From NCBI GenBank assembly GCA_036375075.1, contig DASUSN010000135.1:11881-75880 (forward strand): a stretch of 64,000 bases of DNA, read 5' to 3'. Both the position numbers and the translations under genes were made by a program. Positions 1 through 12,880 of the stretch are shown one piece after another; the stretch's first letter is position 1, and each line of letters opens with the position of its first letter. The DNA comes from Thermoanaerobaculia bacterium. Its GTDB lineage: Bacteria; Acidobacteriota; Thermoanaerobaculia; Gp7-AA8. The notes under the pieces were generated by a model, which was not told where the DNA came from, searched no databases, and saw only the letters and a program-made list of their open reading frames with translations.

Positions 1-3000
1 ATAGATCGCATCAAGCTGCCGAATACTAATGCTCTTATGCAAAGCACGCTCAAGATCGTCTGCACGAATCCCGGCGGTACGCGCGGCATCGACAAATCGG
101 CGAAGCCCAGACTCCGAACATTCCGCCATTACTTCTGCGAATTGGAGCCAGCCGCCAAGTTCACCGATACGCTGAGCACGAACATTCGCCCAATCTGAAG
201 CGCCCGCAAATGTCTCGTCTCGTAGAGCGGTGATCGTCTCGTCTCCAAAGTAATCGCGGAGGCGTGTCAACGCCACGTTGCAGATCCGAACATGCTCGCT
301 GTGCTTGGCGTGAGCGCGCGCTATTTGATCAATAACGCTCTGCGTTGTGGCGGCGCCGACAAGAAAGTCATCGTTGCCGCATTCCTTACGGAACCGCACC
401 GTCCAGCCGAGCGCCCGGTCGATCGCGCTGAAGTCCGTATTCAATCCGTTGTAGAACGCGCCAAAGATAGACTGGTTGTGCGCATCGTCGCGTGCGAACT
501 GCGCCTTGATCGCTTGTGCCGCGGCAAGCTCCGTCAGCGCCTCCATTCCCCGCGCAAGGGAGGTAGACGCCGGATTCTGCATCTTCGTACGAACGATAGC
601 TGCCGCGGAGATGAACCGTTCAAGAGGGTCAAGCTGCGCGCTGCACCTCGTGCGAAGATCGGGCAGCGCTGGCGTCATCGTGGTGAACAGCCGTCGGAGG
701 TCAGGATTGCTCGTTCGTGTTGTGTATTCGTCGAGTAACCGCTCTAGCTCCGACGTCGGACCCGAGAGAGCGTTCGTGCCCGTGGCGAGTTGGGTCCGGA
801 CAACGGGTCGCAGAAGTACGTCTGCATGACGATCGTGGAGAGTCGCCATCGCAGTGAGACGGTCATCCAGTGCTTTCCAATCTGTCTCGTATCCACGATA
901 GAGCGAGCCGAGTGTGGATGTGTGACGTGCTTCGCGTGCTGCGAACCATTGCTGAATGGAGATGAGCTTCGAGCTTCGTTGAATGATGACGACGATGTCG
1001 GTGTAGGAGAGTGCTCGGTCCACGTTCAAGGCGGAGCGGACTTCGCGAACTAGGCGACGGTATGTCGGTCGGAGCCATCGCAATTTTCCGTGGAAGCGCG
1101 TGAGAAGTGCGTCGTGGTACTTCGCGATCGGTAGAGTCCACAGCCGCTCGGAGTATTCGTGATCGATCTGCCGCCGAAGCGCTATGGCGCGTTGATGCTG
1201 GCGTTCGCACTCGGAGACTTCCGTGCGCAGCTCTGTCACGGCCGATCGCTCGAACCACTCGGGTTGCGTCTTCTCAACACGCCCCATTGCCGATGCGAGA
1301 TCAATGCAGTGCCGTATACCGGCAGTATCCGTCGGAGCCGCTTCGCCAAGAGTTATCGCGACCTGCGCACTCAGCGATAGAAGTCGATCGATCGTGAGTG
1401 CGAGATCGCGGAATTGCGCGGCAAGCGTAGGCGCGCTGGCTTCGAACGCGCTCAAGACTAAATCCTGACACACGGCTGCCGCCGGCAGAGACTCTTTGCA
1501 GTTCCCGCAGGCCGCGCGCTGCCCTGCGCGGAGTGACGGAATGCGATTGAGCTGCCCGCATGCCGCACACCGCACGTCCGTCGGCTCATTGGTCGGCAGG
1601 AAGGCTGCGTCGAGCGAGAGATCCGCGAGAAGCGCGTGCGCATCGAGTCGCGGGAACGACTCGTCGAATCCATCCCTGAGTCGATCGACGTGCTCGCGAT
1701 ACTCGGCTGCGCTCTGTGCGAGCTCGCGTGCCGCCGCATGCAACACGTCTAAGTCGGAATCGTGAAACCACTGCCGCGGCGGCGCTGGTGATCTCGCGAT
1801 GAGGTCGAGGGTTCCGTTGAGGGCTATGGCTTCGGTGAGCGTTCTTGGAGTGGGAAGACGTAGCAGCGCAGCGGCTGACGCCGCTTCTGCACCCTCAGCG
1901 GTGAGCGCGCTGGCAAGTGCCCGCAGCGCCATCGCTACTTCTGCTTGGAGTTGAATCGACCAACGATCGGCACGTACGCCTATGAAGATGTGCGGCGTCG
2001 GATCATCAAAGATCGCGGCGAACCGGCTCACGCGTGCAACGCGTTCAAGAAGCTCTGCTTCCTGCTGCTCGCTCAGCGCAGCGGCATCGAACCCGAAGTC
2101 CGCAGGAACGTCCGGCGCAGCATCCAGTGCCGCCAAAATGCCGTGTATGTCGTACGCCGTGCGTCCACCGAGTACCGGTTGGTGCAGAGCGCGAACATAT
2201 GCGTTCAGCTCGCGTCGAAGGCGGAGGAGGTCTTGGAACTGGCGCTCGGCCGCAGGGAATGGCACTGCATCATGCTCAGCTGCACGGCCGATTCGTACAA
2301 GCGTGTCGCGCTTATTTGCCTTATCACTATGCAGTTCAAGACAGAACGTGCCGAGGCCACATTCGCGTAAGCGCTCATGCACCACGTTCAGCGCCGCCAT
2401 CTTTTCACTGACGAACAGCACCTTCTTCCCGTCGAGAAGAAACTGCGCGATAAGATTCGCGATCGTTTGACTCTTGCCCGTGCCGGGCGGACCCTGCACG
2501 AGTAGGTCTTCGCCATCGCGCGCGCGGACGATGACCTGCGTTTGCGACGCGTCTGCATCAAGGGCAGTAAAGACCTCCGCCGGCGAGATGTCATCAAGGC
2601 TATCTTCACTCGGGCCTTCGAGGGTGCCATCACGCTCGCGACCGAGGGCAACCGCGGCAAGATGATCGTTCTCCGAAGCGACGGCCGCGTGCTCTTCGAG
2701 ATCGCGGTACATCGCAAGTTTCCGAAAGTGGAACTGCCCCAGCCACGCCGACCGTTCGACGATCCATCCGCGACGTGATACCGCCTCTTCAACTTCGTTG
2801 AAGAACGCGCTCAAACCCTCCGCCGCCAGCTCTTCGGGTAGCGTGGGCAACGCATACTCGAAGTCGCGGCGAAGCATGTAGATAAGCGTCGGATTGATCT
2901 CGGGATCTTCGTCGAAGGGCTGCAGGACGTACGGGTGCATTCGATCCTGTCGCGACAGCTCGACCGGAACGAGAACGAGCGGCGCCTTCTGCGACGATGC

Positions 3001-3411
3001 GCTGTCAGCCGGCCGCCAGAGGAGCATCCCGACCGCAATGTAGAGCGTATTGATACCGCGTTCTTCGCGATAGGTGCGTGCGATCGATGTTAGACGATAG
3101 AGGCTTCGCTCCAGGTCCGGCGGCATTTTCTTCGTTTCGATGTCACCAGGAGTGACGCGGTACTCATTTGCTGGAATCTCCTCCTCACCCTCTGCGATCA
3201 CCGTACGACCGCGGTAGAGCGGAAAGCGCAGTGACCGTTCGCGCGTGACGATCGCGTCGAACAGCGCTGCGGGATCTGGTGTGGTTATCTGGACGGTCGA
3301 GACTTTCGTCTCTCGAAAATTGAGGAGACGGTTGCTCGCAGTGAGATCAAGCAAGCGCTCCTTCCAGACGGCGTACTTCGCGTCGAATCGCGCCTCGGAT
3401 ACACCGTTCAT
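1..3411 (-). CDS. Superfamily-1 helicase, DUF4011/AAA_11-like; the C-terminus is cut by the window edge (1137 codons visible)
   Basis: Absent from the ORF track because there is no stop inside the window. I read every minus-frame codon (plus-strand triplets 1-3, 4-6, ...) from ATG 3411..3409 down to position 1 and found no stop. An in-frame TAA lies just upstream at 3459..3457. N-terminus MNGVSEARFDAKYAVWKERLLDLTASNRLLNF; Walker A GPPGTGKS at 2493..2470; CAAC-x16-CGNC zinc ribbon at 1569..1498. G+C is visibly lower than in the rest of the window. Confidence 0.85.
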   Translation of the reverse strand, partial: MNGVSEARFDAKYAVWKERLLDLTASNRLLNFRETKVSTVQITTPDPAALFDAIVTRERSLRFPLYRGRTVIAEGEEEIPANEYRVTPGDIETKKMPPDLERSLYRLTSIARTYREERGINTLYIAVGMLLWRPADSASSQKAPLVLVPVELSRQDRMHPYVLQPFDEDPEINPTLIYMLRRDFEYALPTLPEELAAEGLSAFFNEVEEAVSRRGWIVERSAWLGQFHFRKLAMYRDLEEHAAVASENDHLAAVALGRERDGTLEGPSEDSLDDISPAEVFTALDADASQTQVIVRARDGEDLLVQGPPGTGKSQTIANLIAQFLLDGKKVLFVSEKMAALNVVHERLRECGLGTFCLELHSDKANKRDTLVRIGRAAEHDAVPFPAAERQFQDLLRLRRELNAYVRALHQPVLGGRTAYDIHGILAALDAAPDVPADFGFDAAALSEQQEAELLERVARVSRFAAIFDDPTPHIFIGVRADRWSIQLQAEVAMALRALASALTAEGAEAASAAALLRLPTPRTLTEAIALNGTLDLIARSPAPPRQWFHDSDLDVLHAAARELAQSAAEYREHVDRLRDGFDESFPRLDAHALLADLSLDAAFLPTNEPTDVRCAACGQLNRIPSLRAGQRAACGNCKESLPAAAVCQDLVLSAFEASAPTLAAQFRDLALTIDRLLSLSAQVAITLGEAAPTDTAGIRHCIDLASAMGRVEKTQPEWFERSAVTELRTEVSECERQHQRAIALRRQIDHEYSERLWTLPIAKYHDALLTRFHGKLRWLRPTYRRLVREVRSALNVDRALSYTDIVVIIQRSSKLISIQQWFAAREARHTSTLGSLYRGYETDWKALDDRLTAMATLHDRHADVLLRPVVRTQLATGTNALSGPTSELERLLDEYTTRTSNPDLRRLFTTMTPALPDLRTRCSAQLDPLERFISAAAIVRTKMQNPASTSLARGMEALTELAAAQAIKAQFARDDAHNQSIFGAFYNGLNTDFSAIDRALGWTVRFRKECGNDDFLVGAATTQSVIDQIARAHAKHSEHVRICNVALTRLRDYFGDETITALRDETFAGASDWANVRAQRIGELGGWLQFAEVMAECSESGLRRFVDAARTAGIRADDLERALHKSISIRQLDAIY

Positions 3412-3594
3412 GTGGGTGGCCTTCAGTCCCGAATTGGTTATTGTACTACGATGGCCTTATCGCAGAGAGCCCATCCGCTCTGATGGCCCGATCGTCGACG
3501 GCGCGGCTGTCTTGGTTCGCGTCCATCCGCATCGTTCATGACCGACGCCGGCGCTCCGCGGAACGGCCGGTCAATTGCTGTCAGCTCATGGAAT

Positions 3595-3627
3595 GCGGAG
3601 GCACGCAATCGCCTCCGCTTTTTATTT
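3595..3627 (+). terminator. Intrinsic-terminator-like hairpin (8-bp GC stem, 8-nt loop, T-run) with no annotated plus-strand gene upstream
   Basis: gcggaggc (3595..3602) / acgcaatc / gcctccgc (3611..3618), followed by tttttattt (3619..3627). Confidence 0.45.
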
Positions 3628-3754
3628 CGGACGAGGAGAAGAGGCTCGATGCGGAGCGGCGGAGTTGAAAGCGGCCCAGGAGTCGCTGCTCGATCGCAAT
3701 CCAGCGAGATCGCGGCGTTGTACCAGCACTCCCTGCCACTGCCTCATTGCAACC

Positions 3755-4720
3755 TCACAGCTTCTCCAGGAGCGCGTCGGACCACCGCGGCAGCTTCTCT
3801 CCTTTGTGGGTCTTCTCCCATTCGGCCGCCGCGCGGTTGTAGGTCGCCGGGAGGGTGCGGGTGTCGCACATGGCATCGATGAGGGTTTTGCGGCCGAGGG
3901 TTTGTTCGATGATCGTGGCCATGCGGTGGCCGACGGTGTACCAGGGGCCGACGAGACCGAAGAATTCGTAGGCGCGGCGGGTCTGGGCTTCGCCGGTGAG
4001 TTTGCCTTCGACGACCTGGCGGAAGAAGTCGTCGAGGGTGGTGAAGTTGGCGTCGAAGCGCTGCATCTGCTTGGTCCACTCGGCCTGGACGTCGGGCTTG
4101 GACGGAGGGCCTCCCGCGGCGAGGGTGGCGACGCCTTCGCCGAAAGCGCCGAACCACTGGACGGCGTCGGATGGGTCGTCGTCGCCGCACACGCCGGCGT
4201 AGCCGACGTGGTGGAGCTCGTGGGCGATGGTGCGCTCGAACTCTGCGCGCGGGAGGGGCTCGAGGTACATGAAGATCGCGGGGTTGGTGGTGGTCTCGAA
4301 GACGAAGGAGTTGGTGGCGGGCTTGATGGACGGGTAGACCTTCGCGCGGATGGTGGTGCCTTCCGGCAGGTAGGCGAGCGCGCGGGCGGCGGCGCGCCCG
4401 AGGTCGGCCTTCATCCACTCGGCGAGCGTGGCGGCGAGCCGGCTGCGCTTCGCGAGGAGGTCGTCGGAGAGGACGAAGGTCTTGAAGGTGTCGTCCTCGA
4501 AGGCGCGCTTCATGGAGTGCTCGCGCGCTTTGAGCCGGATGTACCCCTCGGAGGTGAAGACGCGCTGCCAGTCGGCGTCGGTGATCGGTTGTTGCGCGGC
4601 GCGTTTGTCGAGGATGGCGAGGACGGCGCGCGGCTGGTCGTCGATGAAGGTGACGTTCACGCCGTCGGCGCGGGCGGACGGGGGGACGACGAGCAGCGCG
4701 AGCAGGAGGAGCCTTCGCAT
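3755..4720 (-). CDS. Secreted zinc-metallopeptidase-like protein (HExxH; DUF5700/DUF2268-like)
   Basis: ORF 3755..4774. I prefer the internal ATG at 4720, which gives the signal peptide MRRLLLLALLVVPPSARA. HExxH motif in TIAHELHHVGYAG. Codon usage and composition are protein-like. Confidence 0.8.
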   Translation of the reverse strand: MRRLLLLALLVVPPSARADGVNVTFIDDQPRAVLAILDKRAAQQPITDADWQRVFTSEGYIRLKAREHSMKRAFEDDTFKTFVLSDDLLAKRSRLAATLAEWMKADLGRAAARALAYLPEGTTIRAKVYPSIKPATNSFVFETTTNPAIFMYLEPLPRAEFERTIAHELHHVGYAGVCGDDDPSDAVQWFGAFGEGVATLAAGGPPSKPDVQAEWTKQMQRFDANFTTLDDFFRQVVEGKLTGEAQTRRAYEFFGLVGPWYTVGHRMATIIEQTLGRKTLIDAMCDTRTLPATYNRAAAEWEKTHKGEKLPRWSDALLEKL

Positions 4721-4780
4721 TGGACGGTTTACGGAGGAGACGCCGGGAGGGTTAGGCGGGACGCGAAGGGTCATGAAATG

Positions 4781-5200
4781 GCTCGCGCCGATCGTCTACA
4801 CACGCCTTTGCTTCACGTTTACATGACTTTTCCTCACGTGATCGAAGGAGGGGGTCTTCAATTTTCGGGAAAAATGGTCGTTTCCGGGATCGCAGGGCAT
4901 GTTTCCGTGACCAGCGGGCACCCAAACACGCGTTTTCGTCATGCAGTCGATCGCGCCGACCACCTGCACGCGTCTTTTGTTCACGTTTCCATGACTTTTC
5001 TTCACGTGCTCGAAGGAGGGGGTCTTCGATTTTCGCGAAAAACGACCATTTCCGCGACCGCGAGGCGCGTTCGTACGGTCTGCGGACGCGTAAACGGTCG
5101 GTTTTGTCATGGATTCGGTCCCGCCGGTCACGTGTGCGCTCGTTTTTGTCGCGAACGTGCGAGATTTTTTCATGGAGTCCAAGTGGGGGGCCTTCGCCGG
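4781..5200. repeat. Tandem repeat, unit 168 bp, about 2.5 copies, lower G+C, probably non-coding
   Basis: cttcacgttt at 4811 recurs as gttcacgttt at 4979, catgcagtc at 4940 as catggattc at 5108, and tcttcg at 5023 as ccttcg at 5191; every offset is exactly 168. The conserved core is ttcacgtttNcatgacttttcNtcacgtgNtcgaaggagggggtcttc. Confidence 0.85.
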
Positions 5201-5310
5201 CCAGCTCGACGCTGCCGCGATCGACATCACGATTTGCGTGGCGCGGACGGCCTCATGGGGCTTCGCGCCCCACCCACCCAGGTCCCTCGCTCGACGCTCG
5301 GGATGACAGG

Positions 5311-5349
5311 TTTGGAGTGCGGAGGCAACGATTGCCTCCGCACTCCAAA
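5311..5349. other. Perfect 18-bp inverted repeat hairpin 12 nt downstream of the stop of the RND-ABC fusion gene; no U-tract on either strand
   Basis: tttggagtgcggaggcaa (5311..5328) / cga / ttgcctccgcactccaaa (5332..5349). It shares the gcggaggc core with the hairpin at 3595. Confidence 0.6.
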
Positions 5350-5360
5350 GTAGACGGTCG

Positions 5361-8913
<3,553 letters not shown>

Positions 8914-8921
<8 letters not shown>

Positions 8922-11823
8922 ACGCTTCGACGGGAACGCGGCGCGAGGACGCACGCGCGACGTAGAGGAGAGGGATGATGAGCAGCGTGCCGATGGTCGC
9001 GGTGACGAGACCGCCGGTCACGGCGATGGCCACCGCGCGGCGCAGCTCCACGCCGGGGCCGCCGAGGATGGCCAACGGGAGCATGCCGAGAATCGCGGTG
9101 ACGGTGGTCATGATGACGGGGCGGTAGCGGTCGGCGGCGGCCGCGCGCATGGCCTCGGCCGCGTCGATGCCCGTGCGGCGGAGCTGTTCGGCGCGATCCA
9201 GGAGCACGACCGTGTGGTTGACGACCACGCCGCCGAGGAAGACCAGGCCGATGAGCGACATCACGTTGAGGCTCTGGCCGGTGACGAGCAGCGCGACCAG
9301 CGCGCCCGCGGCGGCGAACGGCAGCGCGGCCATCACCAGGAGCGGCAGCCGCAGCGACTCGTAGAAGGCGGCGACGGTGAGATAGAGCAGGACGACGGCG
9401 AGCAAGCCCGCGAGCCGGAGCTGGGCGAAGGCGTCGGCGAGCTCGCGCGCGTGGCCGGTGACGCGGATGCGCTCCGTGCCGGAGACGGCCATCGCCGGAA
9501 GCTCGCCGCGGCCTTCGAAGACGAGGCGGCGCGCCGGACGGCCCTGGTCGCGGACGGCGACGGGCGTGCGCTGGGCGATGCGCGCATTCGCCAGCGCGGC
9601 CAGGGGAACCACGCGGTCGCCGTTCCGGACGGGAACCACGCGGAGGTCGTTCGGGGTGACGGGCAGCAACCGGATGGACGACTCGGCGCGGGGGATGTCG
9701 AGCTGGCCGAGGTCGGTGGTCGCGAGGGCCGCACGCACTTCGTGCTCGGGACGGGCTGCAGCCTGTCCCGGGTTCGCGTTGGACCAGCGCAGAAGCATGG
9801 CGGTCCGCAACGGTTGTTCGCCGACGCGGATGAAGCGGGCGCGTCGCATCGTCTCGATCACGCGCGCGGCGACGGCGTCGGCTTCGCGCTCGCTCGCGGC
9901 GGAGACGACGAGCTGCACGCGATCCGCGTCGCCGCTGATCGATTCGATGAAGGCGGACGGCTTCACGCGGGCCACGGCGCGGACGCCGGGGACGAGCGGC
10001 GCGCGCGTGCCTTCGATGGTGACCTTGTCGCCGTTCTGAATGAGCGAGCGAGCGCCGGGCGTCGCGCGCCACAGCTCTTCGCCGAGCCTGCGCGCGGCGC
10101 CGACGTCGAGATCGGGCGGCAACTGCGCGTCGATGACGACGGTGCGGTCGCCGCCGCGCGCGAAGAGCTCGCGCGGGAGCAGGACGCCGAGGGCGATGGC
10201 GACGGCGATGCCGGTGAACGCGATCGCGTAGGCGCGCCACGGACGCGCGGCCGTGCGCTCGAGCAGGCGGAGATACGACGCCAGGCCGGGGCTGCGCGGG
10301 CGGGTGGGCGTGGCGTCGCGCTGCGCGAGCACGGGCGTGAGCGTGAGCGAGAGCACGAGCGACGCGGCGACCGCGGCAACCACGGCCACGGCCTGTTCGC
10401 CGAAGAGCGCGCGGGCGAGACCGCGCAGGTAGAGCAGCGGCGCGAAGACGATCATCAATGTGATCGAACTGGCGACGACGGCGACCACGATCTGCTTCGT
10501 GCCCGCGGCGACGGCATCCGCCCGGCCCGCGGCGCGTGCGCTCTCGATCGACTCCAGGACGACGATGGAGTTGTCGACGAGGAGGCCCGTGGCCAGGGCC
10601 AACCCGGCGAGGGAGATGACGTCGAGCTGGATGCCGGCGAAGTAGAAGGCGCTGAAGGAGGCGAGGAGCGCGGCGGGAACGACGACCGCGAGGGCCAGCG
10701 TCGGACGCCAGACGCCGAGCATGAAGCGGAGCACGAGGGTGCCGAGCAGGACGCCGGCGAGGGCGGCGAAGCCGAGCTCGGCGAGGGCACGGGTGACCTC
10801 CCGGCTGCGGTCGGTGGTGATGTGGGCGGGGACGTGCAGGTCCGCGATCCGGGCGCGGACGGCGCGGGCGAGGGAGACGGCGTTGGCGTTGGGCGCGCGG
10901 TGGACGCGCAGGAGGACGGCGTCGGAGGATGTAGGGCGTGGCTTCAGCCCGCCCGATGTAGGGCGTGGCTTTAGCCCGCCCGATGTAGGGCGTGGCTTTA
11001 GCCCGCCCGCCCCCGGGAGAGGCGGGCTGAAGCCACGCCCTACATAGCGGGTGTCGTCGGGGACTTCGCGGAGGGATACGTCGGCGATCTCGCCGAGGGG
11101 GACGTCACGCACCAGGATCGCTTTCAGCTCTTCCACGCTGCGGACCGGCTGGGTGATGACGATGGGGCGGACGCTGGCGCCTTCGCGCACTCTTCCGGCG
11201 GCGATGGCGGTGCCGACGGTGCGGAGGCGCTCTTCCACGTCGAGCGCGGTGAGGTTGCGCGCGATGAGCGCGGCGGCGCGGGGCTGGACGACCATGCGCA
11301 GCGGCGTGGCGCCGAGGACTTCGATCTTGCCGGCGCCTTCGAGGCGGGCGAGCTCGGGAAGGACGACGCGCTCGGCGATGCGGGTGCGGGCGGCGCCGTT
11401 CGGGCCGGTGACGGCGATCTCGATCACGGGCGAGACGTCGCTGCCCGCCACTTCGATGAGCAGCTCGTCGACCGGCACCTCGGCCGCGCCTTCGATGCGG
11501 CGGGCCACGTCGATGCGCAGGCGGTCGGGGTCGATCTGCCACGCGGAGCCGAGCTCGATGCGCGACTCGCCGTCGGTGGTCTCGCTCTCGATGGAGGTGA
11601 TGCCGGGGATGGACGACAGGCGGCGCTCGATGGGCCGCGTCACGCCGTGCAGCATCTCTTCGCGCGAGCTGGCCTCGGCCTTCGCCAGGACGACGAGCTT
11701 CGGCCGCTCGATGGACGGCAGCAGCGAGAGCGGGAGCTTCGCGAGCGAGAAGAGGCCGAGGGCGCAGAGCGCGGCGGTGGCGACGAAGACCGAGACCGGG
11801 CGGCGCAGGATGGCGTCGATCAT
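8914..11823 (-). CDS. RND efflux transporter, AcrB/HAE family (969 aa including a repeat-encoded insert)
   Basis: MIDAILRRPVSVFVATAALCALGLFSLAKLPLSLLP (typical AcrB N-terminus); TM4-like GLLVDNSIVVLE; a 12-TM layout with two periplasmic halves. Its start overlaps the membrane fusion protein (MFP) stop by 4 nt. Confidence 0.9.
10929..11045. repeat. Family-B palindromic repeat (atgtagggcgtggcttcagcccgcc): three direct left arms plus one inverted arm, in-frame in the RND CDS
   Basis: Three 27-bp direct copies at 10929, 10956 and 10983, then the inverted copy ggcgggctgaagccacgccctacat ending at 11045. Total length is 117 bp (39 codons). The encoded peptide is GRGFSPPLPGAGGLKPRPTSGGLKPRPTSGGLKPRPTS. 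Confidence 0.9.
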
Positions 11824-12872
11824 TTCGTCACCGCGGCCGTTTCGGTCTCGACGACGAGCGAGTCGTCGGTGAGCGCGTCGGCCCCGGAGACGACGACGCG
11901 GTCGCCGTCGCGGAGGCCGCTCTTCACCTCGATGCGGCCGTTGGCGCGGCCGCCGGTCTCGACGTCGGCGCGCTTCACGCGATACCAGCGCTGCATGCCG
12001 TCGTTGAGGGCGAGCACGAACACCGCGGGGCCCTCGGCGCCGGCGACGATGGCGTCGTCGGGAACGGTGAGGACGTCGGCGCGGCGATCGAGCTCGACGT
12101 GGAGGTCCACGCCGGTGCCGGGTACCGGGGCGACATCGTCGTCAATGGATGCGACCACGCGCGCGGTGCCGGCCGCGTCGATCACGCTGGCGACTTCGGT
12201 GATCTTCCCGCTCCCCTTCCAGCCGCCCGGACCTTCGAGGCGCACGGCCTGGCCGGGACGGAGGAGCTCGCGGTCGCCGGCCGCGACCGCGGCCTCCACG
12301 AGCGGCGCGCCGCCCGCGGCGACGTCGGCCAGGACGACGCCCGCGTCGAGCTTCGCGCCCGAGGCGACGCTTTCGCGGACGACGAGACGGCCGGCCAACG
12401 GCGCGGTGATGCGCAGCTCCCCCGCTTCGCGCTGCGCGGCGGCATACGTCTCCCGCGCGAGCTGCGTGCGCAGGGAGGAGGCGGTGAAGTCGGCGCGGGA
12501 CACGACCCCGTCGCGGAAGCTGCGCTCGATCAGCTCGTGGCTGGCCAGCGCCGCTTCCATCTGCAGGCGCGCCTGCGTGCGGGAGAACGCGACCTGGTCG
12601 TTTGCGATGATTGCGATGAGCTCACCCGCGCGCACGCTCTCGCCCGTGCGCAGGCCGTTGGCGAAACGCGGCGCGAGGGTCACGGTGCCGCGCTGCGTCG
12701 CGGTCAGCGGCACGGTCTGCGCCGCGCGCACGGTACCGACCAGCGCGATGGACGGGGCGAAGTCGCTGCGCTGCAGCGCCTCGACGCGGACGGGCGTCGC
12801 CGCCGGCGGCTCGAAGCGCTCGGGCTGGCACGCGGCGAAGACGAACAGGGACAGTGCGAGTGTGCGTTTCAT
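11820..12872 (-). CDS. RND membrane fusion protein (MFP; periplasmic adaptor, HlyD_D23-like), lipoprotein-like N-terminus
   Basis: Internal ATG 12872 of ORF 11820..13559 gives MKRTLALSLFVFAACQ (a lipobox-like AAC). The sequence shows barrel-sandwich / coiled-coil / beta-barrel character (ITAPLAGRLV, VKSGLRDGDRVVVSG). Confidence 0.85.
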   Translation of the reverse strand: MKRTLALSLFVFAACQPERFEPPAATPVRVEALQRSDFAPSIALVGTVRAAQTVPLTATQRGTVTLAPRFANGLRTGESVRAGELIAIIANDQVAFSRTQARLQMEAALASHELIERSFRDGVVSRADFTASSLRTQLARETYAAAQREAGELRITAPLAGRLVVRESVASGAKLDAGVVLADVAAGGAPLVEAAVAAGDRELLRPGQAVRLEGPGGWKGSGKITEVASVIDAAGTARVVASIDDDVAPVPGTGVDLHVELDRRADVLTVPDDAIVAGAEGPAVFVLALNDGMQRWYRVKRADVETGGRANGRIEVKSGLRDGDRVVVSGADALTDDSLVVETETAAVTK

Positions 12873-12880
12873 GAGGGGCC

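Noticed and set aside
4781-5200. Tandem repeats as precursor-peptide (RiPP-like) genes for the neighbouring transporter and peptidases
   Set aside because: The candidate start codon and SD spacing are not conserved between units (ATG in unit 1 is ACG in unit 2). The substitution pattern shows no purifying selection in any frame.
5311-5349. Rho-independent terminator for the transporter operon
   Set aside because: The hairpin is perfect, but neither strand has a downstream U-tract. It is kept as a generic hairpin/repeat feature rather than called a terminator.
3575-5353. 592-aa plus-strand ORF spanning the peptidase gene and the tandem repeats
   Set aside because: Most of it is antisense to a motif-bearing peptidase gene and is Gly/Arg/Ala-rich, a typical high-GC shadow frame. 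In the repeat part, all inter-unit substitutions are non-synonymous.
10929-11009. Possible CRISPR array (three 27-bp direct repeats); likewise the 8-bp units at 45138..45201
   Set aside because: The repeats are contiguous with no spacers. They belong to a palindromic element with an inverted fourth arm and lie inside a CDS. No cas genes are present in the window.
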